64,000 nt of DNA from Bacteroidales bacterium (GCA_009777825.1 WRLA01000003.1:4898-68897), one strand, 5' to 3'. Shown: positions 19,588 to 30,296, counted from the first letter of the stretch. The notes: generated from the letters alone by a model not told the origin. Translations and numbers: made by a program.

Positions 19588-21396
19588 TTACGGGTATTCG
19601 TTCAACATCTTATCTTTGTACCATGGAAAGTGTGTTTCTCCTTCCAGCAGATAGTGTTCCACGAGCAGTGTCCCGATGGGCGCCGCCCAAGTTGCGCCGA
19701 AGCCTCCGTTTTCGACGATGACGCTGATGGCGATTTTCGGGTCGTCTTTCGGGGCGAAGGCGATGAAGATGGAGTGGTCTTTGCCGTGCGGATTTTGCGC
19801 GGTGCCGGTCTTGCCGCACATGTTCAGTTCGGCGATGCGGTAGCGGCGTGCCGTCCCGTAAGAGCCGTTGAAGACCATCCACATTCCTTCGACGGCGACG
19901 GCGTAATAGGCAGTATCTATTCCTGTATAATGTTTCGGGAATTGCAGAAGCGAGTCCGGCTCTATCTTTTTCACCAAATGCGGCTCGTAGTAAAAGCCTC
20001 TGTTTGCTAACGTTGCCGCATAGTTTGCCATTTGCAGGGGGGTCAGTTCTACCTCGCCTTGTCCGATGCTGAGCGAGCGGATGGTCATGGCGTTCCAGCG
20101 TCCTTTGCCGAAGTATTTGTTGAAATAGTTGTCGGTGGGGATGTTGCCGGAACTTTGGTACATGATGTCGGAGGCGTCGAACTTTCTTCCGAAGTTCATA
20201 TTCAGCATGAGTTCTCTCCATCGCAGATAGCGGTCGGCGATGGTGGGATAGGGCGCTTTTTCCAAAAACGTCCGGAAGACGCCCCAGAAATAGGGGTTGC
20301 AGGAGGTTTCGAGGGCTTCGTAAAGGTTGAGCGGCGATTTGTGGCTGTGGGTGCATTTGATGGGCTGCGACCCCGGACCGCTGCACGAATAGCAGGAAAA
20401 GGGCGTGATGACATTTTCCTCCATCGCCGCCAGTCCGTTTGCCATCTTAAAGGTAGATCCGGGCGGATATTTCGCCGTTACTGCCCTGTTAAAGAGCGGT
20501 TTAGAAGGGTCAACAAGCAGCGCGTAATAGTTTTTGGAACGGTCGTAGCCGATAAGCAGGTTGGGGTCGTAAGCCGGCATGGAGACCATCACCAGCACCT
20601 CGCCCGTCGCGGGTTCGATGGCGGTGATGCTGCCGCGTTTGCCGTTCATCAGCAGTTCGGCGAACTTCTGCAAGTCGGCGTCGAGCGTCATATAGATATT
20701 GTCGCCTAGCACCGGATCCACATCGTATTCGCCGTTTTTATAGATACCTTTTTCCCGATTATGAACGTCCACCAACCGCACCGACTTCCCTTTGACGCCC
20801 CGCAACGCATGTTCGTAATATGCCTCCACGCCGCTTTTTCCGATATAGTCGCCCGGCTTGTAGTAATCATCTTTTTCAATATCCTGACCGTCCACCTCTC
20901 CGATGTATCCGATGGCATGAGCCGCAATCCGCTCATCGTACAGACGGGTGATGCGCGGCTCCAAAAAGAAACCGGGGAACTGATAGAGCCGCTCTTGCAC
21001 ATAACCGGCTTTCTCTTTCGACAACTGCGAGGCAATGACCGACGACTTATAACGGGAATATTGTCGCGCGGCTGTCAGTTTAGTTTGAAAATCGGCGACG
21101 TCCATGTTCAGCAGTTGGCACAGTTGCGCCGTGTCCATCGGCTTGACCATGCGCGGAATGACCAGCACGTCGTAGGCTATTTCGTTGGAGACAAGCAGTT
21201 TTTTGTTCCTGTCGAAAATCATCCCGCGCGGCGGATGCAGCGTAACATTGCGGATGGTGTTGTTGTCCGACTGCAACAGGTACTTCTCATCAATAACCTG
21301 TATGTAAAACAGTTTACCGGCAAATATCAAAGCAATCAGCACAACCGCCCAACTGATAACCATCCTGCGTAATACGAAATTTACCTTTCTTTGCAT
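19588..21396 (-). CDS. mrdA: Penicillin-binding protein 2
   Basis: PPRGMIFDRN, GKSGVE, PGSTFK (SxxK), SCN, KTGTAQ. Confidence 0.95.
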   Translation of the reverse strand: MQRKVNFVLRRMVISWAVVLIALIFAGKLFYIQVIDEKYLLQSDNNTIRNVTLHPPRGMIFDRNKKLLVSNEIAYDVLVIPRMVKPMDTAQLCQLLNMDVADFQTKLTAARQYSRYKSSVIASQLSKEKAGYVQERLYQFPGFFLEPRITRLYDERIAAHAIGYIGEVDGQDIEKDDYYKPGDYIGKSGVEAYYEHALRGVKGKSVRLVDVHNREKGIYKNGEYDVDPVLGDNIYMTLDADLQKFAELLMNGKRGSITAIEPATGEVLVMVSMPAYDPNLLIGYDRSKNYYALLVDPSKPLFNRAVTAKYPPGSTFKMANGLAAMEENVITPFSCYSCSGPGSQPIKCTHSHKSPLNLYEALETSCNPYFWGVFRTFLEKAPYPTIADRYLRWRELMLNMNFGRKFDASDIMYQSSGNIPTDNYFNKYFGKGRWNAMTIRSLSIGQGEVELTPLQMANYAATLANRGFYYEPHLVKKIEPDSLLQFPKHYTGIDTAYYAVAVEGMWMVFNGSYGTARRYRIAELNMCGKTGTAQNPHGKDHSIFIAFAPKDDPKIAISVIVENGGFGATWAAPIGTLLVEHYLLEGETHFPWYKDKMLNEYP

Positions 21397-21412
21397 GTCG
21401 TAAAATTTTCAA

Positions 21413-21462
21413 GTGCAAAGGTACGTTTTTTTTGAGATGTGAAAAATTTTTGTACTTTTGCA
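21413..21462. promoter_or_regulatory. Divergent TAnnTTTG promoters for mrdA and the protease gene
   Basis: TACCTTTGCA (- strand) and TACTTTTGCA (+ strand). Confidence 0.7.
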
Positions 21463-21480
21463 CCGTAAATAAAATCTTAC

Positions 21481-24400
21481 ATGAAAAAGTCTATTTTAAG
21501 TCTAATGCTCTTTGCATTATTAGGATTCAATGCGCTTCGGGCGCAGGTCAATATCGGCGGCGAGCCGGTGAGTTATGGATATGAAAAACGGGACATCCTC
21601 GTTGAAAACGACATCCTCGTTGGAAACGAGGAGGAACTGGCGCCTGTTGTGTTTGTTCGGACGCCGCCATTGGATATGGCGGTGGTTGAGACGGAAGACG
21701 AGCAGTGGGAAGCCGAACGGGCTGCCGGAATGACGAAGATAGGACGCCGTTTCGGGATTGAGTTCGAGGTGGAATACGACGTGCATAACTCCGGCACGTG
21801 GAGTTGTCTGCCCGATGGCGGGAAGTTGTGGCGCTTGGGCGTCGAATGTCCCGAAGCGCTCTCCATCAACTTGATTTTCGACCGGTATTTCCTGCCGGCG
21901 GGAGCAACCTTGTACATTTACGGCGAAGACAGACACGACAAAATTGGCGGTTTCACCAATTATAACAATCAAGCCGACAACTTCTTCGCCACCGACGTGG
22001 TGCTGAGCGACAAGATCGTCATCGAATACTACCAGCCCGTTGAGGCTGATTTCGACGGCGAGTTGCGCCTTGCTACCATCGTGCATGGCTATCGCGGTCC
22101 GGGAGAGTTTACCAGAGGCTACGGACAGTCCGGATCGTGCCAGAGGAACACGATATGTCCCGAAGGCAATGGCTGGCAAGACCAGGTGCGGTCGGTGTTT
22201 GCACTCTACAGCGGCGGGACGGAGTTGTGTTCCGGCTCTATTGTCAACAACACCGCCAACGACAAGACACCCTACGCGCTGACGGCAAACCACTGTTGGA
22301 ATGCCGCACAGAATCCGGGCATTTGGGTTTTTCGTTTTAGATGGGAAAGCCCGACATGCACGCCCACCGCTAATTCGACCTACAAAACCATGACCGGCGC
22401 TACTTTAAGAATGAAAACGCCCACAAATACTTCCAGCACCGACTGCTGTTTGGTGGAACTCTATCAAACAATTCCCGACGATTACGATATTTATTACGCC
22501 GGCTGGTCGCGTTCCACAACGCCGTCATCTTCGGCTATGTGCATCCATCATCCCTCTTTGGATATTAAAAAAATATCGCCGACGAACCCATTATACACAT
22601 CAAATACTTATGTCCAAGCATGGCGTGCTAATTGGTCAACCAACGCTTGTACGGAAGGCGGTTCCTCCGGCTCTCCTCTATTTGACAGCAACCATAGAGT
22701 TATCGGACAATTATACGGCGGTTTGTCGAGTTGCGCTACATACGGAGGCTCCAATCATTGGGATGAATACGGCAGGTTCGACCTGTCATGGAACTACGGC
22801 TCGTCGTCCGCCACCCGCCTGCGCGACTGGTTAGACCCGCTCAACCTCAACCCCACCACTTGGGACGGATACGACCCCAACGCCGGTCCCGCCATCTGCA
22901 ACCCGCCCACCAACCTGACCGTGGACTACACCCCCGAATGTAACGCCGAACTCAACTGGCAACCACCCGCCGGAAAATCTGACGACAAAGGAAACTTCCT
23001 CGAAGACGTAGAGGCACACCCCAACTTCGCCATCAACTCCACCCTCAACGGATGGTCGTACATTGACGGCGACGGCAAAGGCACCTACGGCATGACCGGC
23101 TACGAATTTCCAAACTCCGGCTCGCCCATGGCGTTCATCGTCTTCAACCCCAGCGCCACCACCCCACCAAACACCACTCCCGCCGCCACGCCACACTCCG
23201 GACAGAAATTCTTCGCCAGCATCTGCCCGTTAGAAGGTGTCAACAACGACTGGATCATCAGCCCGCTACTCACCAACCCCACCACCTTCTCTTTCTGGGC
23301 AAAAACATACACCTCAGCATATAACGGATTGGAAAGAATGAAAGTGGGATACTCCACCACCGGCACCGCACAAGGCAATTTCACCTTCCTCACGCCAAGT
23401 CCCTACGTGGAAGTCCCCACCGCATGGACAAAGTACGAATACAGCCTCCCCGCCGGAACCAAATACGTCGCCATCAACTGCGTCTCCGACGACGCTTTCA
23501 TCCTCATGATTGACGACCTCCAACTGACCGGCGTCTCCAACCCCGGCGGCAAAATCTACAACGTCTATCGCGACAACGTCCTCATCAAAGCCAACCTCGC
23601 CGAAACCTCATACACCGACAGCGGTTTCCCCACAGGCACCGGACATACATGGAGCGTGAAACAAGTCTGCACCGACGGCGAATCCGACCCCGTCAGCGTA
23701 ACCAAAACCGCCTGCACGCAAGTCCAAACATGGACCATCACCCCCAGCGCCGGCGCCAACGGAACCATCGCCCCCAGCACTCCGGTAACAGTAAATCACG
23801 GCGGCAGTCAAACTTTCACCTTCACTCCGGCTCCAAACTACGAGGTAGATCAGGTGAAAGTGGATAATGTCAATGTTAGTTTTTCCAACAATCAATACAC
23901 ATTCACCAATGTTACGACAGATCATACTATTAATGTAACGTTTAAACTGAAAACATACACCCTCACCCCCACCGCCGGCGCTAACGGAGCCATCAATCCC
24001 AACACGCCGGTAACAGTAAATCACGGCGCAAGCCAAACCTTCACTTTCTCCCCCGCCTCCGGCTACGAAGTTGACGAAGTCAAAGTGGATGGCGCAACCG
24101 TCAGTTTCTCCAATAACAACTACACTTTCACCAACGTTACCGCCGACCACACCATCAACGTAACTTTCAAAACCACTCCCATAGAACAGCACACCATCAC
24201 CGCCACCGCCGGAGCCAACGGCGGCATCAACCCCTCCGGTACTGTCATCGTCAATCATGGCGCCAACCAACCGTTCTTCTTCCTGCCCGACAACGGTTAT
24301 GAAGTAAACGAAGTTACAGTAGATGGCACGGTGGTCAATGTTGCGGATGACCAATACACTTTCACCAATGTTACCGCCGACCATACCATCCATGTAACTT

Positions 24401-25110
24401 TCAAAACCCTCCCGCCCGTCCAATACACCATCACCGCCACCGCCGGCGCCAACGGCATCATCAACCCCTCCGGCGTCGTAACCGTCAATCACGGCGACAA
24501 CCAAACGTTCTTCTTTATCCCCGATAGTGGCTATCAACCGGACGAAGTTACAGTGGACGGCGCACCGGTCAGTTTTACGGAAAACCAGTACACGTTTACG
24601 AACATTACATCCGACCACACCATCAACGTAACTTTCAAACAACTCCCGCCCGACCAATACACCATCACCGTCATCCCCAATGACCTTGCTTGGGGCAGCG
24701 TCTCCGGTGGCGGCGTCTATCCTGCCGGAGCAACGGCAGACGTCATCGCTACACCGGCAACCAACTACAACTTCGTGAAATGGACGGAAGACGGAGCAGA
24801 AGTCAGCATCACCTCGCTCTACTCCTTCATCGTGGAAAAAGACCGCTATCTAACGGCATGGTTTGAACCCATCACCGCCATCGGCGAACCGGATGCCAAA
24901 GCGCCGCAACTCTACTATTTCAACGACGTCATCTATTTCAAAAACATCCCGCCGGAAACAACCGTGCAAATCTTCGACGTTTGCGGAAGAGCGATACAAC
25001 AAACAACCCTCACGGGCGAAAGCATACCGTTCTACTATAAAGGGTTCTATGTGGTGAAACTCATCCATTCCGATAAAACGGTCATTACCGAAAAAATAGT
25101 AGCGTATTAA
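21481..25110 (+). CDS. Secreted lysyl-endopeptidase-like serine protease with cleaved-adhesin domain, repeated beta domains and probable T9SS CTD
   Basis: LTANHC, TEGGSSGSPL, NDWIISP/YVAI adhesin motifs, four ~76-aa AGANGxI..F..VTxDHTIxVTF repeats. Confidence 0.85.
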   Translation: MKKSILSLMLFALLGFNALRAQVNIGGEPVSYGYEKRDILVENDILVGNEEELAPVVFVRTPPLDMAVVETEDEQWEAERAAGMTKIGRRFGIEFEVEYDVHNSGTWSCLPDGGKLWRLGVECPEALSINLIFDRYFLPAGATLYIYGEDRHDKIGGFTNYNNQADNFFATDVVLSDKIVIEYYQPVEADFDGELRLATIVHGYRGPGEFTRGYGQSGSCQRNTICPEGNGWQDQVRSVFALYSGGTELCSGSIVNNTANDKTPYALTANHCWNAAQNPGIWVFRFRWESPTCTPTANSTYKTMTGATLRMKTPTNTSSTDCCLVELYQTIPDDYDIYYAGWSRSTTPSSSAMCIHHPSLDIKKISPTNPLYTSNTYVQAWRANWSTNACTEGGSSGSPLFDSNHRVIGQLYGGLSSCATYGGSNHWDEYGRFDLSWNYGSSSATRLRDWLDPLNLNPTTWDGYDPNAGPAICNPPTNLTVDYTPECNAELNWQPPAGKSDDKGNFLEDVEAHPNFAINSTLNGWSYIDGDGKGTYGMTGYEFPNSGSPMAFIVFNPSATTPPNTTPAATPHSGQKFFASICPLEGVNNDWIISPLLTNPTTFSFWAKTYTSAYNGLERMKVGYSTTGTAQGNFTFLTPSPYVEVPTAWTKYEYSLPAGTKYVAINCVSDDAFILMIDDLQLTGVSNPGGKIYNVYRDNVLIKANLAETSYTDSGFPTGTGHTWSVKQVCTDGESDPVSVTKTACTQVQTWTITPSAGANGTIAPSTPVTVNHGGSQTFTFTPAPNYEVDQVKVDNVNVSFSNNQYTFTNVTTDHTINVTFKLKTYTLTPTAGANGAINPNTPVTVNHGASQTFTFSPASGYEVDEVKVDGATVSFSNNNYTFTNVTADHTINVTFKTTPIEQHTITATAGANGGINPSGTVIVNHGANQPFFFLPDNGYEVNEVTVDGTVVNVADDQYTFTNVTADHTIHVTFKTLPPVQYTITATAGANGIINPSGVVTVNHGDNQTFFFIPDSGYQPDEVTVDGAPVSFTENQYTFTNITSDHTINVTFKQLPPDQYTITVIPNDLAWGSVSGGGVYPAGATADVIATPATNYNFVKWTEDGAEVSITSLYSFIVEKDRYLTAWFEPITAIGEPDAKAPQLYYFNDVIYFKNIPPETTVQIFDVCGRAIQQTTLTGESIPFYYKGFYVVKLIHSDKTVITEKIVAY

Positions 25111-25115
25111 AATAT

Positions 25116-25778
25116 ATGATAATGAAACACTTAATAGCGCCTTCGATGCTGTCGTGCAACTTTCTGAATATGCAGCACGATATTGAAATGGTGAACAACA
25201 GTGAAGCCGACTGGTTTCATTTGGATATTATGGATGGAGTTTTTGTGCCGAATATCACTTTCGGACAGCCTGTCATCAAGCACATCAAGAAGTTAGCGAA
25301 AAAGCCGTTGGACGTTCATCTGATGATTGTCCAGCCTGAACGTTATTTCCAAGACTTCAAAGAGGCGGGCGCCGACATCCTGTCGTTTCATCACGAGGCT
25401 TCCACACATCTGCACCGCTCTATTTATGCCGTGAAAAACTTAGGAATGAAAGCGGGCGTAACCTTAAATCCGCACACGCCGGTAGAGTTGTTGGAAGATG
25501 TCGTTGCCGATGTTGACATGGTGTTGATTATGTCGGTCAACCCCGGATTCGGCGGTCAGAAATTCATCGAAAACAGTTACCGCAAAATCAGTACGCTGAA
25601 AGAGATGATTTTACGACGCAACAGTCCGGCGCTGATAGAACTCGACGGTGGCGTTACCTTAGACAATGCGGCGAAGTTGGTAGCGTGCGGCGTGGACGTG
25701 TTAGTCGCCGGAAACACCGTCTTCTCCCATCCCAACCCGCCGGAAGCCATTAGACAATTAAAAATGTTGGGGACATGA
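25116..25778 (+). CDS. rpe: Ribulose-phosphate 3-epimerase
   Basis: HLDIMDGVFVPNITFG, DVHLM, MSVNPGFGGQ, DGG. Confidence 0.97.
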   Translation: MIMKHLIAPSMLSCNFLNMQHDIEMVNNSEADWFHLDIMDGVFVPNITFGQPVIKHIKKLAKKPLDVHLMIVQPERYFQDFKEAGADILSFHHEASTHLHRSIYAVKNLGMKAGVTLNPHTPVELLEDVVADVDMVLIMSVNPGFGGQKFIENSYRKISTLKEMILRRNSPALIELDGGVTLDNAAKLVACGVDVLVAGNTVFSHPNPPEAIRQLKMLGT

Positions 25779-26905
25779 AAATATTAATTCAGCACAGAGT
25801 ACACAAAGAACACAGAGTTGCACAGAGAAAAAAGAACTCTGTGACCCTCCGTGTCCTCTGTGTCTCTGTGCTGAAAAAATCACTATTTCTCCTCTGTCTC
25901 TCTTGTACCCTCCCCTGCCACGCCCAGAACTTCTCCTCCCAGTGCGAAAATACCCAACGCATCATGTTCTACAACGTCGAAAACCTCTACGACACCCAGC
26001 ACGACCTCGGCAAAAACGACTACGAATTTCTACCCGACGGCGTCCGCTACTGGACTAATTCCCGTTTCTATTCCAAGTTGAAAAACCTCTACAAAGTCTT
26101 TTCCGCCAATGGAACGCCCGCCCCGCCGACCATCATCGCCTTGTGCGAAGTAGAAAACGACTTCGTCCTCCGAAAACTGATAGAGACCACGCCGTTGAAA
26201 AACTTCGGTTACGACTTCGTCCACCACGAATCACCCGACATCCGCGGCGTGGACTGCGCCCTGCTCTACCGCAAACAGAACTTCGAACTCTTCGACAGCC
26301 ATCCTTTCCAAATCACCTTCCCCTTCGACACCGCCTCAAAAACACGCGACATCCTCTATGTCAAAGGATTACTTTTTGAAGAACATCTGATACACATCTT
26401 CGTCAACCACTGGCCCTCGCGCTACGGCGGACAGGCGCCCACCATGCCCAAACGAAACTACGTAGCCCAACAACTACGCAAAATCTGCGACAGCATCCTC
26501 AACGACAACCCCAACGCCAACATCCTGATACTCGGCGACCTCAACGACGACCCCACCGACGAAAGCGTCGCCCAGTTTCTATGCGGACAGCGCTCTCCTT
26601 CCGACACCTTGTTGCTGACCAACCTCTCGCTCCCGTTATTCCAAAAAGGACAAGGAACCATAAAACACGGAACGCAATGGTGCCTCTTCGACCAAACCAT
26701 CGTCTCGCCCGCCTTGACCGACGGTCGAAACGGATTGCAAATCTGCAACGACGCCATCATCTTCAACCACGATTTCCTCTTCGTGGACGACGAAACCAAC
26801 ATGGGTAAAAAACTTTTCCGAACCTACAACGGCATGACCTACGCCGGAGGATACGCCGACCACCTCCCCGTGGGCGTGGACGTGAAAAAGGTGAAACAAG
26901 AATGA
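25775..26905 (+). CDS. Endonuclease/exonuclease/phosphatase family protein
   Basis: FYNVENLYD, LCEVEN, HWPSR, GDLND, ADHLP. Confidence 0.9.
   Translation: MKILIQHRVHKEHRVAQRKKNSVTLRVLCVSVLKKSLFLLCLSCTLPCHAQNFSSQCENTQRIMFYNVENLYDTQHDLGKNDYEFLPDGVRYWTNSRFYSKLKNLYKVFSANGTPAPPTIIALCEVENDFVLRKLIETTPLKNFGYDFVHHESPDIRGVDCALLYRKQNFELFDSHPFQITFPFDTASKTRDILYVKGLLFEEHLIHIFVNHWPSRYGGQAPTMPKRNYVAQQLRKICDSILNDNPNANILILGDLNDDPTDESVAQFLCGQRSPSDTLLLTNLSLPLFQKGQGTIKHGTQWCLFDQTIVSPALTDGRNGLQICNDAIIFNHDFLFVDDETNMGKKLFRTYNGMTYAGGYADHLPVGVDVKKVKQE
25788..25875. repeat. CACAGAG-family inverted element at the gene N-terminus
   Basis: TTCAGCACAGAG...CTCTGTGCTGAA 12-bp perfect ends; half copies at 44374-44437 and 62567-62605. 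Confidence 0.85.
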
Positions 26906-26936
26906 GAAAATTTTGTTACATAAAATATATTACAAC

Positions 26937-27575
26937 ATGACATCACACAACATTGCAGAGACCATCGCCTCCCATTTATTGGAGATCAAGGCAGTCAAAT
27001 TGAGTCCTCACACACCGTTCACGTGGGCATCGGGCTGGAAGTCGCCGATCTATTGCGACAACCGAAAAACGCTGTCCTATCCGAAAATACGCGATTTTAT
27101 CCGGGACGCCTTTGTGCGCTCCATCAAGGAAAATGTCGGAAAAGCGGACGTCATCGCCGGCGTTGCCACGGCGGGCATTCCGCAGGGCGTGCTGATTGCT
27201 CAGGCGTTGAACGTGCCGTTTGTTTACGTCCGCTCTTCCAATAAGGCGCACGGGTTAGAAAACAAAATCGAAGGCGTTGTCGAAAAAGGACAGTCCGCCA
27301 TCGTCATCGAAGACCTCATCTCTACCGGCGGTAGCAGTTTGGCGGTAGTAGATGCGCTACGCGACGCCGGATGCCACGTGAGAGCCATGCTTGCCATCTT
27401 CACCTACGGATTTCCGGTCGCCGACGAACATTTTGAACAAAAACAATGTCCGCTGTTTACGCTCTCCAACTATAATGTACTCATTGAAAAAGCCTTAAAA
27501 GAGGGATACATCAAAGAATCACACGTGGCGTCTCTACAGGAATGGCGGAAAGCGCCCGAAAAATGGGGTATTTAA
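26937..27575 (+). CDS. pyrE: Orotate phosphoribosyltransferase
   Basis: FTWASGWKSPIYCDNR, VIEDLISTGGSS. Confidence 0.96.
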   Translation: MTSHNIAETIASHLLEIKAVKLSPHTPFTWASGWKSPIYCDNRKTLSYPKIRDFIRDAFVRSIKENVGKADVIAGVATAGIPQGVLIAQALNVPFVYVRSSNKAHGLENKIEGVVEKGQSAIVIEDLISTGGSSLAVVDALRDAGCHVRAMLAIFTYGFPVADEHFEQKQCPLFTLSNYNVLIEKALKEGYIKESHVASLQEWRKAPEKWGI

Positions 27576-27598
27576 CACTTAAAATTCATTGAAAAACC

Positions 27599-27994
27599 AT
27601 GAAAGATATCGAAAGCCAAAGCCGGATTATCAACCGTCCGTCGAAAGACCTATACGACTTTATCGCTGAGTTTCATCATTTTGCGAAGTTTCTCCCCGAA
27701 CAGGTAACCGGCTGGGACGCCACCGACACCACCTGCTCGTTCAACATCCCCAACTTAGGAAAAATCACCTTGCAGGTGGAAAAAGACGACGCCGCACAAT
27801 GGGTGAAGTACGTCAGCCTTTCGGGACCCGCCCCCTTCGAACTGCTGTGCGAACTGAAACCCGAAACCGAAACAACTTGCCAAATCACCCTGACCGTCTT
27901 TGCCGACATCCCGGCGTTTATGCTGATGATGATCGCCAAACCGATTAAAAGTTTCGTAACGGCGGTGCTGGATAAGATGGCTGAGATGTGGTAA
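27599..27994 (+). CDS. SRPBCC-like protein
   Basis: Sequence pattern and typical position after pyrE in Bacteroidetes. Confidence 0.7.
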   Translation: MKDIESQSRIINRPSKDLYDFIAEFHHFAKFLPEQVTGWDATDTTCSFNIPNLGKITLQVEKDDAAQWVKYVSLSGPAPFELLCELKPETETTCQITLTVFADIPAFMLMMIAKPIKSFVTAVLDKMAEMW

Positions 27995-28004
27995 CAGTTT
28001 TTAT

Positions 28005-28245
28005 ATGGCAATGAATGATTTTTTAACAGCGCACAGCCATATCACAAACGAATTGATAAACGAAGCAGGCAAATTTCGCACTGTTAGCGTGTTTGTAGTA
28101 AACGGCAAGGGAGATATTCTCCATTCGGGGGCAGATTTTAACGAAGTGCCAGCCTTAATATCCGACCTTTTTGAATGGGGTAAAGCCGGCGATGCGCACC
28201 CACTCATAAAATCTTCCGCAATGCACTTTATGATAGAGCATATTG
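28005..28245 (+). pseudogene. Fic-family fragment
   Basis: AGKFRTVSV..EVPALISDLFEW..HPLIKSS; breaks off just before the HPFxDGNGR motif at the IS junction. Confidence 0.7.
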
Positions 28246-29160
28246 CCCAGAAAAACATCATAGCCTACCGGCAAACCCTCGCGAGTTACCATTAAGGCTA
28301 ACAAAACTTGCCCCTGATTAAATTTATGGTCTTTGCTGTATCCGAAACTGCACAACTCATCTTCTGTAAAACTCTCAAAGTAAAGAGTGGTACAGTCGTA
28401 AAACATTACTTTGATATCTTCGGTAAACAATTCGCGGGTATGGCTCCAGCATCTGTCTTGTAATAGATTGATCCTTCCGTCGGTTAATTTGTCCATCATC
28501 CAGTAAATCTTTTCCAATGAAATAGTAATGCCAAAATCTCGCGTCAGCAACTCGCACGATGAACGCTTGCTACATGGCTTGGATAGACGCGCCATCACAA
28601 TGTCTTTCATCACATTTTTGCTCACCGGACATCTGTTGAAAACACGACCAGAACCGATTTCATCGTATAATTCCCCGTAAATATCGTGAATACCCGTCAC
28701 TATGCGATACTCTTCCCGCATCTTACGTAAGTTTACAGGTAATGGACTATCATCCACAAGACTATGCTTGCGACTGGATAGTACCATCTCCGCTAGTGTG
28801 CGGGATGGAAATAATTTGGATTCTCGCCCATCCTCCATCTCCGCCCTGATATACTCGGCAACTTTTTTAAACCTTTCAACCTCTGACGGAAGAACCGTCG
28901 CCACATGACGAAGCTGCTTCTGGCGAACTTTCCCCGATTCACGGATGCTCTCCACTATCAAGATACTCACCTTGCCGTTAGCCTGATGTACCGTCCTTAC
29001 AAACATGCGGCAAAGGTACACATTTTTTTTGGTAACTGTAAGAAAATCAACACTTTCTAACCCGTATTCACTACAAAACAACTCCACCAAAATATGAACA
29101 TAAAGCATTAATAATCAATCATAGGGAAAAGAGGGAAAGAAAACTACCGTCGAAGTCGGG
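28240..29160 (-). mobile_element. Truncated IS1634-family element (transposase starts at 29006, 3'-truncated)
   Basis: IVESIRESGKVRQK, FYDCTTLYFES, FGYSKDHK, GLPVGYDVF; probable end CCCGACTTCGAC at 29160. Confidence 0.8.
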
Positions 29161-29178
29161 AAAAGTACGATTTTTTTG

Positions 29179-29264
29179 GAGATGTGAGATTATGAGATAT
29201 GCGATGTGAGATGTATTCTTTTTAACCGCAAGGAGCGCAAAGGGTTTTCGCAAAGAACGCAAAG
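29179..29264. repeat. Heptamer run plus AACCGCAAGG..CGCAAAG repeat
   Basis: 29221-29264 nearly identical to the reverse complement of 62614-62657. Confidence 0.8.
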
Positions 29265-29273
29265 TCCTTACGG

Positions 29274-30296
29274 TCATCCTTCCTCAAACTGTTTCAGAAA
29301 CCGCACATCGTTTTCGAAGAAGAGCCGTAGGTCGTTGATTTGGTATTTGAGCATGGTAACGCGCTCGATGCCCATTCCGAAAGCGAAGCCGGTATATTGG
29401 GCGCTGTCTATTCCGCAGTTTTCCAACACGTTAGGGTCCACCATTCCGCATCCGAGGATTTCCACCCAGCCGCTTCCTTTGCAGATGTTGCATCCTTTTC
29501 CGCCGCAGATGTTGCACGAGATGTCCATCTCGGCGCTGGGTTCGGTGAACGGGAAGTAGGAGGGGCGCAGGCGTATCTTGGTGTCGCTCGAAAACATCTC
29601 TTTGGCGAAGTAGTAGAGCGTTTGTTTGAGGTCGGCAAAACTGACGTCGCGGTCAATATAGAGCCCCTCAACCTGATGGAAGAGGCAGTGTGCGCGTGCC
29701 GAGATAGCCTCGTTGCGATAGACACGTCCGGGGAAAATAGAACGGATGGGCGGTTTGTTGCGCTCCATCGTCCGGATTTGCACCGAAGAGGTGTGCGTCC
29801 GTAGTGCGATGTCGGGATCTTTTTCGATGAAGAAAGTGTCCTGCATGTCGCGGGCGGGGTGATTCAACGGGAAGTTCAAGGCGGTGAAGTTGTGCCAGTC
29901 GTCTTCGATTTCGGGACCTTCGGCGATGGTGTAGCCGATGTTTCCGAAGATGTTGCAGATCTGGTTTCTCACGATGGAGAGCGGATGGCGTGCGCCTAAG
30001 TCGGAAAAGTCAACGGGCAACGTCAGGTCGTTGGTGGCGTTGTGGCTTTGTGACGTTGTGCTTTCCAACTGCTCTTTCAAGGCGTCGAGCGCGGTTTGGA
30101 TGGCGTCTTTCAGTTCGTTGAGCCGTTGTCCGGTCTCGCGTTTTTCTTCGGCTGGCACGTTTTTGAACTCCTGAAACAGTTCCTGCACGATTCCTTTGCG
30201 TCCCAGATATTTCACCTTGAGCGCTTCCAATTCGGCTGCTGTGTCGGCTTTCATCGCTTGCGTCTGGGCAAGTAATAGGTCTATTTTTTCTTTCAT
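29274..30296 (-). CDS. pheS: Phenylalanine--tRNA ligase alpha subunit
   Basis: HPARDMQDTF, LRTHTS, RPSYFPFTEPS, GFAFGMGIER. Confidence 0.98.
   Translation of the reverse strand: MKEKIDLLLAQTQAMKADTAAELEALKVKYLGRKGIVQELFQEFKNVPAEEKRETGQRLNELKDAIQTALDALKEQLESTTSQSHNATNDLTLPVDFSDLGARHPLSIVRNQICNIFGNIGYTIAEGPEIEDDWHNFTALNFPLNHPARDMQDTFFIEKDPDIALRTHTSSVQIRTMERNKPPIRSIFPGRVYRNEAISARAHCLFHQVEGLYIDRDVSFADLKQTLYYFAKEMFSSDTKIRLRPSYFPFTEPSAEMDISCNICGGKGCNICKGSGWVEILGCGMVDPNVLENCGIDSAQYTGFAFGMGIERVTMLKYQINDLRLFFENDVRFLKQFEEG

Noticed and set aside
21592-21627. 18-bp tandem duplication (DILVEN/DILVGN)
   Set aside because: Simple local in-frame duplication in a propeptide; no wider pattern.
23725-24660. 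Nucleotide repeats in the protease gene as mobile elements
   Set aside because: Ordinary tandem beta-domain repeats of a surface protein.
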